Part shown: one piece after another, positions 8,617-17,977 of the stretch
Position numbering within the stretch: position 1 is the stretch's first letter
How the letters are laid out: every line of letters starts with the position of its first letter
IMG/VR virus record: IMGVR_UViG_3300049792_000048
Span: 131,775 to 195,774 of that record
Length of the DNA stretch: 64,000 bases
From: a virus
Taxonomy: Duplodnaviria; Caudoviricetes
Strand: one strand, 5' to 3'
The notes under the pieces: generated by a model
The model's input: only the letters and a program-made list of their open reading frames with translations
What the model was told of the DNA's origin: nothing
Databases searched by the model: none
Position numbers and translations under genes: made by a program

Positions 8617-9279
8617 ATGGACCAGACCGCGATCATGATCATTCTCGACGAGAGCCCCAGCATGGAGAACTGCACGGATGAGACCATCCAGGGGTTCAAC
8701 ATCTACCTCACCGAGCAGAAGAAGGACCCGAAGCCGGCAACCCTCTCGCTCATCAAGTTCGACAGGACCTACCGGGTCGAGTACATCGACAAGCCGCTGG
8801 CGGAGGCCCCGGAGCTGACGGCCCTCAGCTACAAGCCTGGCGGTGCTGGCACTGCCCTGTACGACTCGGTCGGGCGTGGCATCCTGGAGCTCGGCAAGCG
8901 TCTCGCGGCGAAGCCCGACGCGGATCGGCCGGACAAGGTGATCGTCGTCATCATCACCGATGGCCAGGAGAACTCGTCGAGGGAGTTCGATGGCAACCGC
9001 GTCCGCGAGATGGTGAAGGAGCAGACCGAGAAGTACTCGTGGACCTTCGTCTTCCTCGGCGCCGACATCGATGCCGAAGAAGGTGCTGCCACTCTCGGTA
9101 TCGCCCCGAGTGCTGCCGCCAAGTACAAGAAGGGTACTGGTGTGGGCACGTACTCCGTGCTGTCGAACGCGACGTCGCGTGCTCGTGGGGGCTCGGGTGG
9201 CGTGCTTCGTTCGGCGGGACTGCTTTCCACTCAGGACAAGAAGAGCATCGAGAGCGGCACGAAGCCTGGCCCCCGATGA
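8617..9279 (+). CDS. von Willebrand factor A (vWA) domain protein
   Basis: MIDAS motif ILDESPSM, GTALYD, VIITDGQENSS, FVFLGA. Confidence 0.9.
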   Translation: MDQTAIMIILDESPSMENCTDETIQGFNIYLTEQKKDPKPATLSLIKFDRTYRVEYIDKPLAEAPELTALSYKPGGAGTALYDSVGRGILELGKRLAAKPDADRPDKVIVVIITDGQENSSREFDGNRVREMVKEQTEKYSWTFVFLGADIDAEEGAATLGIAPSAAAKYKKGTGVGTYSVLSNATSRARGGSGGVLRSAGLLSTQDKKSIESGTKPGPR

Positions 9280-10232
9280 GTTTCGACATCGAGAAGCACA
9301 CGATCTACTTGGCGAAGGCGGGAAGCCATTCCTATGGCACTGCGATGCCGGAGTCGGACCTCGACTTCAAGGGTGTTGCGGTCCCGCCTCGCCGATACGT
9401 CCTGGGCTTCACCAAGATGTTCGAGCAGCACGAGGCGAAGACGCAAGGGGCGACCTCGAACGAGGACTCCAAGGATATCGTCATCTACGGGTTGCAGAAG
9501 TTCATGAAGCTCGCGGCCGCCTGCAACCCGAACTTCGTCGAAGCTCTGTACGTCGAGCATGGTGATGTTGTGGGGATGTCGGATGAGGGGTTCCTTCTCC
9601 GACGGAACCGGGATCTCTTCATCTCCAAGAAGGCGGAGGAAACCTTCAGCGGCTACGCCCTGGGTCAGCTTCATCGCATCAAGACGCATCGGAAGTGGTT
9701 GTTGGATCCGCCGAAAGCTGCTCCGACGCGTGAGCAGTTTGGCCTCTCTTCCAACATGAAGATCACGCCCGACATGATGGGCGCCTTCAACAAGCTGGAA
9801 ACGGAAGGCACAGCAGTTTCACAGAATGTCATGGAGCTCGTGCAGAACGAGAAGCGGTACAAGGCCGCCAGTGAACACTGGAACCAGTACACGCACTGGG
9901 TGAAGTCGCGCAACCCGGCGAGGGCAGCTCTCGAAGCGAAGAGTGGCTACGACACCAAGCACGCGATGCACCTCGTCCGACTGATGAGAATGTGTGCCGA
10001 GATTCTTGTCACCGGCTTCGTGCTCGTCCGACGTCCTGACGCCGAGGAGCTGCTCGCGATTCGTCGCGGGGCGTGGTCCTACGACTTCCTCATCGCATGG
10101 GCGGAGGCACATCACCTGAAGATCAAGGAGCTCGCCAAGGCCTCCACTCTGCGGGAGGAGCCGGACTACGGTGTACTGGAGGGTATCTGTATCGACATCC
10201 TCGACAGGTTCTGGGCTCGTAACCCAGATTGA
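9276..10232 (+). CDS. RlaP-like Pol-beta-superfamily nucleotidyltransferase
   Basis: GSHSYG...SDLDFKGV, CNPNFVE, GYDTKHAMHLVRL, LLAIRRG. Confidence 0.9.
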   Translation: MSFDIEKHTIYLAKAGSHSYGTAMPESDLDFKGVAVPPRRYVLGFTKMFEQHEAKTQGATSNEDSKDIVIYGLQKFMKLAAACNPNFVEALYVEHGDVVGMSDEGFLLRRNRDLFISKKAEETFSGYALGQLHRIKTHRKWLLDPPKAAPTREQFGLSSNMKITPDMMGAFNKLETEGTAVSQNVMELVQNEKRYKAASEHWNQYTHWVKSRNPARAALEAKSGYDTKHAMHLVRLMRMCAEILVTGFVLVRRPDAEELLAIRRGAWSYDFLIAWAEAHHLKIKELAKASTLREEPDYGVLEGICIDILDRFWARNPD

Positions 10233-10296
10233 AGCCCCTTGGAGGGCTCGTAGAGGAAATGGTACGCCATCTCCTCTATTTTTGCCTCAATACGAG

Positions 10297-10310
10297 CTAT
10301 CAGACAGATG
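10297..10310 (+). promoter_or_regulatory. putative phage promoter motif
   Basis: CTATCAGACAGATG. Confidence 0.45.
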
Positions 10311-10391
10311 GAGAGCGTGTTTGGCGCATGAGGCTGGGGTATACTACCAAACCATTCGAGGCTTTCAGAAGCCCCTTTTACGGAGGACACC

Positions 10392-11246
10392 ATGGGAATG
10401 GCAGCGATCGCACCGAATCTTCGAGACGCAGAGGGCATCAGTGTGACAACCCACGCATTGGAGAAGCTGCGTGAGCGACTACCGCCAGGCTCCCACTTCA
10501 AGTCGATGCCGGACAGAGACTTGATGCTTCGCATGGAGGAGGCCTGGAAGAATGAGAAGGCCGCCGGCAAGATAGAAGAGTGGTGGGAGAAGGTTCGAGA
10601 CTCGTCGACAAAGACAGTATGCAACTTCGTCTGCGACCTCGAAGACTCTTTCGATGCAGACCTGGTTGCTCTCTTCCGAGAAGACAATCGTCATCCGGGT
10701 CGCCCCACCACGGTCACTGTGTTGACCAAGCCGATGGTCGAGCTGAACAAGGCGACCAACAAGTGGGCGAGGCATCCGACGAAAGTTGGCGAGGGCACCC
10801 TGCTTGGGAACGGGCTGAGTAAGCAGCTCGCTGCGCTCGCTCCCTTTCCAGTCGGTGGGAAGGTTGATGTTCCAGCGGACGACCTCCCGATCTCAGATCC
10901 GCGCAGCCCTTACCACAACAAGCCTGGATTTCGTCCTGGTGACCCTGGTGGATTTCCTCCTATGCCAGCTCTTGTTCCGCCTCCTGCTCCGAAGCAGGTG
11001 GCGATCCCGCGCAAGCCGGCAGTTGTGGCGCCTGTCGTTCCTCCTCCAGCAGCAGAGGAAGAGATGATTCTGGTGTCGTGGCTTTCAGTCACTGGCACCG
11101 GGGCCCGTGGGTACATGACAATACCGAAAAGTTCAGTCTCCGGGTTTGTCGATGAGCTCGTCGAAGCTGGAGTAGACCAGAGCTCTGTCGAGTTCTGGAT
11201 GAAGCGTGAGGCGAAGGTTCGTCGGACCGTCGTCGTGGAGTTCTGA
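10392..11246 (+). CDS. hypothetical protein with Pro-rich linker
   Basis: GGAGG SD; VTTHALEKLRER N-terminal motif. Confidence 0.7.
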   Translation: MGMAAIAPNLRDAEGISVTTHALEKLRERLPPGSHFKSMPDRDLMLRMEEAWKNEKAAGKIEEWWEKVRDSSTKTVCNFVCDLEDSFDADLVALFREDNRHPGRPTTVTVLTKPMVELNKATNKWARHPTKVGEGTLLGNGLSKQLAALAPFPVGGKVDVPADDLPISDPRSPYHNKPGFRPGDPGGFPPMPALVPPPAPKQVAIPRKPAVVAPVVPPPAAEEEMILVSWLSVTGTGARGYMTIPKSSVSGFVDELVEAGVDQSSVEFWMKREAKVRRTVVVEF

Positions 11247-11248
11247 GT

Positions 11249-11274
11249 GAGCTGGGGGCGACCCCAGTTCCTTT
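11249..11274 (+). terminator. intrinsic terminator
   Basis: GAGCTGGGG-GCGA-CCCCAGTTC followed by CTTT. Confidence 0.55.
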
Positions 11275-11277
11275 GCC

Positions 11278-11297
11278 CTATCAACAAGAAGAAGGAG
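11278..11297 (+). promoter_or_regulatory. putative phage promoter motif plus SD
   Basis: CTATCAACAAGAAGAAGGAG directly after the terminator. Confidence 0.55.
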
Positions 11298-11302
11298 TCA
11301 TC

Positions 11303-12229
11303 ATGCCCACTGCCAAGTATCAGACGTTCCGCAACTACGCCGGGTTCCTCGTCCGCGGAGAAGCTCGTGTTCAGCCTCCCCCGAAGGACGACACCCATCT
11401 CCACGCCGCGTTCTACGTCCTCTCGCAGGTCGAAGCGGCCTTCTGGGGCACCGTCCAGTCGTACGACGGCGCCGGCATCTCCGCGGGCCCGCTGCACGCG
11501 ATCGCTTTCTCCCCGGCAAGCAAGACGCAGGGAGCGCTCTGGAAGCTCATCGCTCAGATCTTCGCGGCGTGTCCGGAGACGACGAACCACAATGTCGACA
11601 AGCTCCGCACTTGGTTCAAGGCGAACGGGATGACGCTCACGCTGGGTGGTGTCCTCGTGAACAGCAAGGATGCCAAGCCCGTCACCGGAGAGAGCATCCG
11701 TGCATTCGTGTCGGCTCCGCAGGGACTCGTTCCGGCCGAGGGCCCGGTGTTCGATCGTGCGCTGACCATCGCTCTGCTGTTCAACGACGTCTTCTCGGAT
11801 CCTGCCACCTTCCAGGCGCAGACCAACTTCACCATCCAGTGGCTGCTTCAGGGCAACCGTGATGCCGAGTTCGCGGCGTACGCCAAGTACTCGAAGACCA
11901 CCATCACGAAGGTGAATGCCGAGCACTACCTCTCGTTCGCAAAGCAGCTCGACCTCGGTAGTCCGCTCGACCTCGCGATGTGCGTGTATCACGCCTTCTC
12001 GGTCAACGCACCGTCGCCTGCTGCCAACGAGCTCGACAAGGCGATGGCGGAGAAGGACAGCGAGAAGTTCGCTCGCCGCCTCATCCGTGGCCTCGGGTCG
12101 CGCAACTATGCACGGTGGCACGACACCACGGACAACAGCAGCCGGTACGATCACGTACGCATGGCATGCGCCGTGTCGGATCGCTGGTTGCCCACCATGC
12201 TCGCCGAGATGATGCCGGTGAACCTCTGA
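11303..12229 (+). CDS. putative lysozyme-fold peptidoglycan hydrolase
   Basis: VEAAFWGTVQSYDGAGISAGPLH resembles the E..YD...S.G motif of lysozyme-like muramidases. Confidence 0.45.
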   Translation: MPTAKYQTFRNYAGFLVRGEARVQPPPKDDTHLHAAFYVLSQVEAAFWGTVQSYDGAGISAGPLHAIAFSPASKTQGALWKLIAQIFAACPETTNHNVDKLRTWFKANGMTLTLGGVLVNSKDAKPVTGESIRAFVSAPQGLVPAEGPVFDRALTIALLFNDVFSDPATFQAQTNFTIQWLLQGNRDAEFAAYAKYSKTTITKVNAEHYLSFAKQLDLGSPLDLAMCVYHAFSVNAPSPAANELDKAMAEKDSEKFARRLIRGLGSRNYARWHDTTDNSSRYDHVRMACAVSDRWLPTMLAEMMPVNL

Positions 12230-12465
12230 TGCCGAAGAAGGAGTACCGGGACTACGATGACAAGAACATCGTGGTCCCGGGGGTGGAGTGTGTTCGTGAC
12301 GGTGACCGAGCAATCTTGGTCGTGATCGATGGCACCGAGCACTGGATCCCGCAGTCGCAGATCCATGGAGACTCGGATGTCTGGAAGCGGGGCGACAAAG
12401 GCAAGCTCATCATCACGAAGTGGATCGGCGCCAAGCGCGGGCTCTGTGAGGAAGAGGAAGACTGA
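12229..12465 (+). CDS. small phage protein (WIPxSQI family)
   Basis: AILVVIDGTEHWIPQSQI...ITKWI. Confidence 0.7.
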   Translation: MPKKEYRDYDDKNIVVPGVECVRDGDRAILVVIDGTEHWIPQSQIHGDSDVWKRGDKGKLIITKWIGAKRGLCEEEED

Positions 12466-12467
12466 AC

Positions 12468-13409
12468 ATGAAGAAGAACAAGAACGAGACAGGCCGCAGC
12501 GTCCACCGAAGCATCCGAACTCTCGAAGAGGCGGTGGAGATGCACATCGCCGACCTCGAAGGGCAACTCGAAGCTCAACGCAAGGCTGAGGAACGCAAGG
12601 ATGTGCGTGGTTCTTGGCGCAGCATCAAGAATGTTTGGGAACCGCTTCGTAAGCTCCGTGCCGCATTCGAGGCGCACGCGGGTCGTCCTGCGGAGGTCCC
12701 ACGTAAGGAGTACGAGAGAAAGACAACGGTTGGCGCAGATAGAAACAACGAGATCGAAGAGCGGCACGAGAGCTTCGGGCTCGTGAACATTTCGCGCATC
12801 CAGGGCTACTCGAAGCTCTGGGGTTCTTCGGTTCGTCATCAACACTACTTCCGCCTCCAGATCTTGCGTGGCAAACGTGTGGTGACGGGAACGATGGAGC
12901 ACTTCTGGGACGATGGTCGGGTTCCGGTCGTGGAGGTCTCATTGTCTGCGGCGCAGTTCGTTGAGATGATCACGTCCCAGAACATCGGCTCCGGAGTCCC
13001 GTGCACCATCAACTACGTCGAGGGCGTCCCGATGGATGAAGTTCCCGAAGGCGCAGGCAGCGAGCTCAAGGTCATGGTCGAGATGTTCGAGGACCGGATG
13101 GTCGAAGCCGTAGACGCGGTGCGAAAGACCGACGACGAGATCAGCGAGCTCCTCAGCAAGAAGAGCTTCACGATCGCGGACAAGGACGCGATCAAGGCTG
13201 CCATCCACAAGGCGAGGCGCCTCATCGACGACAGCGCTCCGTACATTCTGAAGACCTTCGGAGAGCACACCGAGAAGATGGTGGCGAAGGGCAAGACGGA
13301 GATCGAGTCGTTCATCCAGCTCGCCGTTCAGAAGGCGGGCATCAAGGCGATCAAGGACAGTGGGGGCACCCTACTGCTGGGTGCGGGCGATGAAGACAGC
13401 ACGGACTGA
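12468..13409 (+). CDS. phage hypothetical protein
   Basis: 313-aa ORF; HESFG..SR..G..LWGSS.RH and GVPCTI motifs. Confidence 0.75.
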   Translation: MKKNKNETGRSVHRSIRTLEEAVEMHIADLEGQLEAQRKAEERKDVRGSWRSIKNVWEPLRKLRAAFEAHAGRPAEVPRKEYERKTTVGADRNNEIEERHESFGLVNISRIQGYSKLWGSSVRHQHYFRLQILRGKRVVTGTMEHFWDDGRVPVVEVSLSAAQFVEMITSQNIGSGVPCTINYVEGVPMDEVPEGAGSELKVMVEMFEDRMVEAVDAVRKTDDEISELLSKKSFTIADKDAIKAAIHKARRLIDDSAPYILKTFGEHTEKMVAKGKTEIESFIQLAVQKAGIKAIKDSGGTLLLGAGDEDSTD

Positions 13410-14427
13410 GGTCGAGCTCCACGGCGTAGTTCGTGATGTTCTGCGATTCCGCGGCAGTGCCGAGGGCATGGGTGTCATCACCCTCATGGACAAGGATGGC
13501 ACCAGACAGAAGGCCGTTGGCGTCTGTGAGGGCATCAGCCCTGGAGACTACGTGGAGGTCTCGGGGTATGAACAAGAACATCCCACGTATGGCATGCAGA
13601 TCCGTGCACAGCGGGTCGTTACGTCGTTCCCCACGACGAAGAAGACCTTCCTCGAATGGATTCAGCGCCACTTCCAGGCCCCCTGGAAGAATGCGAATGC
13701 GCTGGTCGAGGACTGGTATGAAAACTTCGGCACGCTCGGTCAGTCTCCGAAAGGAGGCGGCTCTTTGGTGCCTCTCACGGGCCCAGGTGACTTCGAGCTG
13801 ATTCGACTGTGGAACATGGTCGTGTCTGATCAGACGGGCGCTCAGGTGGTGTTCGCCAAGCACGGGCTGAGTGCAGAGTTCATCGACATCAAGATGTTCG
13901 TCCAGCGTAAGAACACGGTGGACGGTCTGATGAAGATGGGCCTCGATACCAAAGAGGCACACGCCCTTTTCATGGCCCGCGGGAACCGTGCTCTGGAGGA
14001 GCTCCGTACCGACCCGTACGTCGTGTACTACTACTTGGAGAACGTCCCCTTCGCGAAGATCGACAAGGTCTACTTGGGGCAGCCCGAGAACAAGAAGGTG
14101 GACGATCGACGGGTCAAGGCGGTCTGCCTGCACGAGCTCCGTTCGTGCACGGACGAGGGGCACACGGCGATGTACTACTCCGACTTCATCGACTTGGTGG
14201 AGGAGACGTACCCGGAGTTCTCGGTGACGAGGCTGATGAGCAACTTCGATGCTCTCATCCCCGAGTTCGTCACTCTCTACGGCTCACCAACGATGGTGCA
14301 GCTTACCCCCTACGCACGCTATGAAGCGGGCATCGCGGAGTTCGTGGTGACTGGTCGCGTGCAGACGCTGCCTCCCGAGCTCGAAGATACGGAGATTGAG
14401 AATGACGGAACAGCAGACGGAGCATGA
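13390..14427 (+). CDS. RecD2-like helicase, N-terminal half (OB/HhH region, no motor)
   Basis: HPTYGMQ, DPY..., FAKIDK, DRRVKA...DEGHT are RecD2 N-terminal signatures. Confidence 0.8.
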   Translation: MKTARTEVELHGVVRDVLRFRGSAEGMGVITLMDKDGTRQKAVGVCEGISPGDYVEVSGYEQEHPTYGMQIRAQRVVTSFPTTKKTFLEWIQRHFQAPWKNANALVEDWYENFGTLGQSPKGGGSLVPLTGPGDFELIRLWNMVVSDQTGAQVVFAKHGLSAEFIDIKMFVQRKNTVDGLMKMGLDTKEAHALFMARGNRALEELRTDPYVVYYYLENVPFAKIDKVYLGQPENKKVDDRRVKAVCLHELRSCTDEGHTAMYYSDFIDLVEETYPEFSVTRLMSNFDALIPEFVTLYGSPTMVQLTPYARYEAGIAEFVVTGRVQTLPPELEDTEIENDGTADGA

Positions 14428-15634
14428 TGCAGATCAGGAGCGAGCAATCGACCTGATCTGTTCGGACGAGCCGATCGGCATCATCACCGGAGGGCCCGGA
14501 ACCGGAAAGACGACGACGCTGAAGAAGGCTCTTCGTGACGTCCGCCTGATGAGCAAGAACGTCGTGTTGGTCGCCCCGACCGGCAAGGCGGCGAAGAGGA
14601 TGACGGAGGTTGTGGGCATGGATGCGTCCACGATCCACCGCCTCACCGGCTTCAACGGAGAGCAGTACGGCACCGACCAACTGCCGCACGACCTCTACAT
14701 CGCGGACGAGGCCTCGATGGTGGATGCGCAGATGCTCTACCACCTCCTGGTCGTCATGAAGAAGGGGGCACGGCTTCGTCTCATCGGAGATGCTGACCAG
14801 CTCCCCAGTGTCGGGGCTGGCAGCGTCCTTCGGGACCTGCTGGATACCAATAGCGTTCCGGTGGTTCGGCTGAAGACACTGCATCGCAGTGCCGCGGAGT
14901 CGTGGATCTGCTCGAACGCCCCGAAGATTCTCGCCGGCGAGATGTTCGACACAACCAAGCGGGATGACTTCGAGGCCTTCGAGATGGACTCGTCGTACGA
15001 CGTCATCGATCTCGCAAAGCAGTTGATGGTTCATCACAAGATCAACTTCTTCCTGGGCCGCTTCCAGCTTTTGACTCCGATGAACGTCGGGGATCTCGGC
15101 ACGGAAGTGTTGAACCACGAGATCGCATCCGAGCTGAATCCGAATCGGCTTGAGGGTGACCACATCGAGCTCGCTGTTCCCCGTGCCTCGATGCAGCAGT
15201 TCGCGGGTGTTGGTGACAAAGTCATCCACGTCCAGAACAACTACATCCTGAACGTCTTCAACGGCGAGCTTGGAGTCATCGATCGAATCGCGGAAGGGAA
15301 GGTCTTCGTGAAGTACCCTGGCCGCTTCGTGGAGTACCCGCAGCTCGTTGCGATGCACCAGCTTCGTCTTGCGTACGCTCTGACCGTGCACAAGGCGCAG
15401 GGCTCAGAGTGGGAGAGCATTGGTGTGATTTGTCACGGCATGCACATTCGGATGTGGTCTCGCCAGCTCCTCTACACCGCGGTCACGCGAGCTAAGCGTG
15501 GAGTCACCCTCATCGGCAACGAAGAGGGCATTGGCATCGCGCTCGCACAGAACAAGCCCCGGGAGCGTTTCACGACTCTCCCCAACAGGATCGTCGACAT
15601 GAAGAAGGAGGCGGGGAGACGTGTTGGCACTTGA
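14402..15634 (+). CDS. recD: RecD2-like SF1B helicase motor
   Basis: GGPGTGKT, APTGKAA, TIHRL, DEASM, GDADQLPSVGAG, YALTVHKAQGSE, YTAVTRA. Confidence 0.92.
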   Translation: MTEQQTEHDADQERAIDLICSDEPIGIITGGPGTGKTTTLKKALRDVRLMSKNVVLVAPTGKAAKRMTEVVGMDASTIHRLTGFNGEQYGTDQLPHDLYIADEASMVDAQMLYHLLVVMKKGARLRLIGDADQLPSVGAGSVLRDLLDTNSVPVVRLKTLHRSAAESWICSNAPKILAGEMFDTTKRDDFEAFEMDSSYDVIDLAKQLMVHHKINFFLGRFQLLTPMNVGDLGTEVLNHEIASELNPNRLEGDHIELAVPRASMQQFAGVGDKVIHVQNNYILNVFNGELGVIDRIAEGKVFVKYPGRFVEYPQLVAMHQLRLAYALTVHKAQGSEWESIGVICHGMHIRMWSRQLLYTAVTRAKRGVTLIGNEEGIGIALAQNKPRERFTTLPNRIVDMKKEAGRRVGT

Positions 15635-16364
15635 TCTTGCGGGGCAAAGATTCGGCAATCTGACAGCCCTTCGTCGCCTGCCTAACAAAGGGCGCCATGT
15701 CATGTGGCTATGCTCATGTGTGTGTGGGAAAGAAAAAGAGATCGATGCTACTCGTCTTCGGAGGGCGAAGAGTTGTGGGTGTAGAGCTGGGTGGATCTCT
15801 ACCCTGATCAAAGACTTGACAGGGCATCAGTACGGACGGTGGGTCGTGGTGTCTCTCGTGCAGGATGGCTCAAAGGGATCCGCAAAGTGGATCTGCAAGT
15901 GCGCCTGTGGCACGGAGCGGGTCCTTGTCTCTGCATCATTGACTAGTGGTAACAGTAAAAGTTGTGGATGCGCTGCTCGTACGGGAACTGGCTCAAGACC
16001 TTCAGCTTCAAGCGCACAACGCCTTGCATTGGGCGTCGCCGCAAAGAACATACTTCTTCGGCGGTACAAGCAGGCGGCGGCCTTGCGAGGGATTCCCTGG
16101 TTACTAACGGAAGCGCGCTTCTTCGCTCTGACGCAAAAGCCTTGTGAGTATTGTGGAGTGCCTCCTCAGCAAGAACAACGCGGTGGTGTTCATAGCGGGA
16201 AGTTTCTCTACAACGGGATCGACCGGCGGTACAACACCCAAAGCTACACTACGAAGAACTGTGTTCCGTGTTGTCGTGTCTGCAATCACGCCAAGAAAGA
16301 CATGGCGTACGAGGTCTTCTTGGCGTGGGTGGGTAGGGTTGCTCGGCATCAGGGCTACCGATGA
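15621..16364 (+). CDS. HNH endonuclease
   Basis: Two DL.G..(F/Y)G...W.C.C.CG repeats; NGIDR...NCVPCCRVCNHAK. Confidence 0.85.
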   Translation: MLALDLAGQRFGNLTALRRLPNKGRHVMWLCSCVCGKEKEIDATRLRRAKSCGCRAGWISTLIKDLTGHQYGRWVVVSLVQDGSKGSAKWICKCACGTERVLVSASLTSGNSKSCGCAARTGTGSRPSASSAQRLALGVAAKNILLRRYKQAAALRGIPWLLTEARFFALTQKPCEYCGVPPQQEQRGGVHSGKFLYNGIDRRYNTQSYTTKNCVPCCRVCNHAKKDMAYEVFLAWVGRVARHQGYR

Positions 16365-16834
16365 AGAGCCACGGGCATCGAGCACGGGGTCGCTCATCAC
16401 CCACATACTGCTCTTGGTTGTGTATGACTCAGCGCTGCACAAATCCACGTAATAAGAGTTACTCAGACTACGGTGGTCGTGGGATCCGCATCTACTTCGA
16501 CTGGGTGGGGCCGGGCGGCTTCGCGTCGTTCTTGAACGACGTCGGCAAGCGACCCTCGAAGAAGTACTCGCTCGACCGCATCGACCCGGACAAGGGGTAC
16601 GAACCAGACAACTGTCGCTGGGCGACGAAGTCGGTTCAGAACTCAAACAAGTCCGGATTCATCTATGAGCTAGATGGAAAACGCTTCACCATCTATGAGA
16701 AAGCTGAGGAGCTGGGGCTACACGACGGCGCTCTGCGTCGCAGGATCTCCAGGTTGATGCGGACGAAGCGCTACACGTTGGAAGAGGCGAGGCGCATCGC
16801 CTTCACTACACCGAACCGAAGGAAACGAACATGA
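16361..16834 (+). CDS. HNH endonuclease
   Basis: PTY.SW..M.QRC.NP, YGGRGI, SLDRIDPDKGYEPDNCRWA. Confidence 0.85.
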   Translation: MKSHGHRARGRSSPTYCSWLCMTQRCTNPRNKSYSDYGGRGIRIYFDWVGPGGFASFLNDVGKRPSKKYSLDRIDPDKGYEPDNCRWATKSVQNSNKSGFIYELDGKRFTIYEKAEELGLHDGALRRRISRLMRTKRYTLEEARRIAFTTPNRRKRT

Positions 16835-16965
16835 AGCACAAGTGTATGTTCTGCACGTGGCCGTGCGAGATCACGCTCGCGTTGTCGAGTGAAGGCTGCA
16901 CGCCCTCCGAAGCGGAGATGGCGATGTTCTCGGCGCTGCGCACTCCCTGGACCAAGGAAGAGTGA
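16831..16965 (+). CDS. 44-aa Cys-containing microprotein
   Basis: MKHKCMFCTWPC...; fills the gap with an ATGA overlap. Confidence 0.5.
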   Translation: MKHKCMFCTWPCEITLALSSEGCTPSEAEMAMFSALRTPWTKEE

Positions 16966-16967
16966 AC

Positions 16968-17546
16968 ATGAACAGGATCTTCGAGGCCGCGAAGTTCGCG
17001 GCAAGTCGCCATGCATCACAGCCCGGACGTGGGCCGAAGAACGAGCCCTACGTCACGCACTGCTTCGACGTCGCCCAACGCCTTGTGGCTGCGGGTGTCG
17101 ACGACCACTTCACCCTCATCGGAGCAATCCTCCACGACACCATGGAGGACACGCCCACGACCTACGATGAGCTCAAGGAGAAGTTCGGGTACTCCGCCGA
17201 CCTCGTCCGAGACCTGACACTTCCTCTCGATTGCCGGGATGGCAATCCTGTGAAGAAGACGGCACACCAGACCTTGATGATGAGCAAGATGGACATCGGT
17301 GGGGTCTTCATCAAGATCGCGGACAAGACCTCGAACGTGAACGACCTGGTCGACAACGCCCCGAAGTGGGGTCTGCGTGCCATCCGTGGCTACGCCGATT
17401 CGGCAGAGGGGGTGGTGCATGCGGGCAAGGCGGTACGTGAACGCCTTCTTCTCACCGACGACCAGGAGCGTTGCTTGAGCACTCTCATCATCCGCTTCTA
17501 CGAGACCTACCAGAAGGCGCAGAAGCACTACGGGTGGACGCAGTGA
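16968..17546 (+). CDS. HD-domain RelA/SpoT-type small alarmone hydrolase (Mesh1/SAH-like)
   Basis: EPYVTHCFDVA, AILHDTMEDT, IKIADKTSN. Confidence 0.85.
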   Translation: MNRIFEAAKFAASRHASQPGRGPKNEPYVTHCFDVAQRLVAAGVDDHFTLIGAILHDTMEDTPTTYDELKEKFGYSADLVRDLTLPLDCRDGNPVKKTAHQTLMMSKMDIGGVFIKIADKTSNVNDLVDNAPKWGLRAIRGYADSAEGVVHAGKAVRERLLLTDDQERCLSTLIIRFYETYQKAQKHYGWTQ

Positions 17547-17977
17547 CTCGGGGTGAGAAGCTCTTGGAGAAGCTCTCCAAGGACATCGCTCCGAATCCGA
17601 ACGTCCTGACGAAGGACTCGGCGCTGCACGACCTCCTCTCGCTCGTCACGGAGGAGTACATCATCGACGAGCTCATCCCTGATCTGACACCAGAGGAGCG
17701 CTACGCCATCGCGCACTGGGCGTCGGTTGCTCATCTCGCAGCGGCTGAAGAGGACCCTCCTCTGCCCATGCCGAAGGAGCCGGAGGTGGCGGCGAAGATC
17801 CTGCTGAAGGTTGGACGTCACGTCATCGTTGACGGATTCGGCGCGGGGATCGTCGAGTCGTATGAGTATCCTTCGAATGAAGCCCATCAAGGACTTCAGC
17901 CCAAGAGGCCGAAGGTGAAGCTGGACAGCGGAGGATACATGTACCCAATCCTGGAGGAGCTCATCGGTGTCGAGTAA
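17543..17977 (+). CDS. hypothetical protein
   Basis: GTGA overlap; coding-like. Confidence 0.6.
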   Translation: MTRGEKLLEKLSKDIAPNPNVLTKDSALHDLLSLVTEEYIIDELIPDLTPEERYAIAHWASVAHLAAAEEDPPLPMPKEPEVAAKILLKVGRHVIVDGFGAGIVESYEYPSNEAHQGLQPKRPKVKLDSGGYMYPILEELIGVE

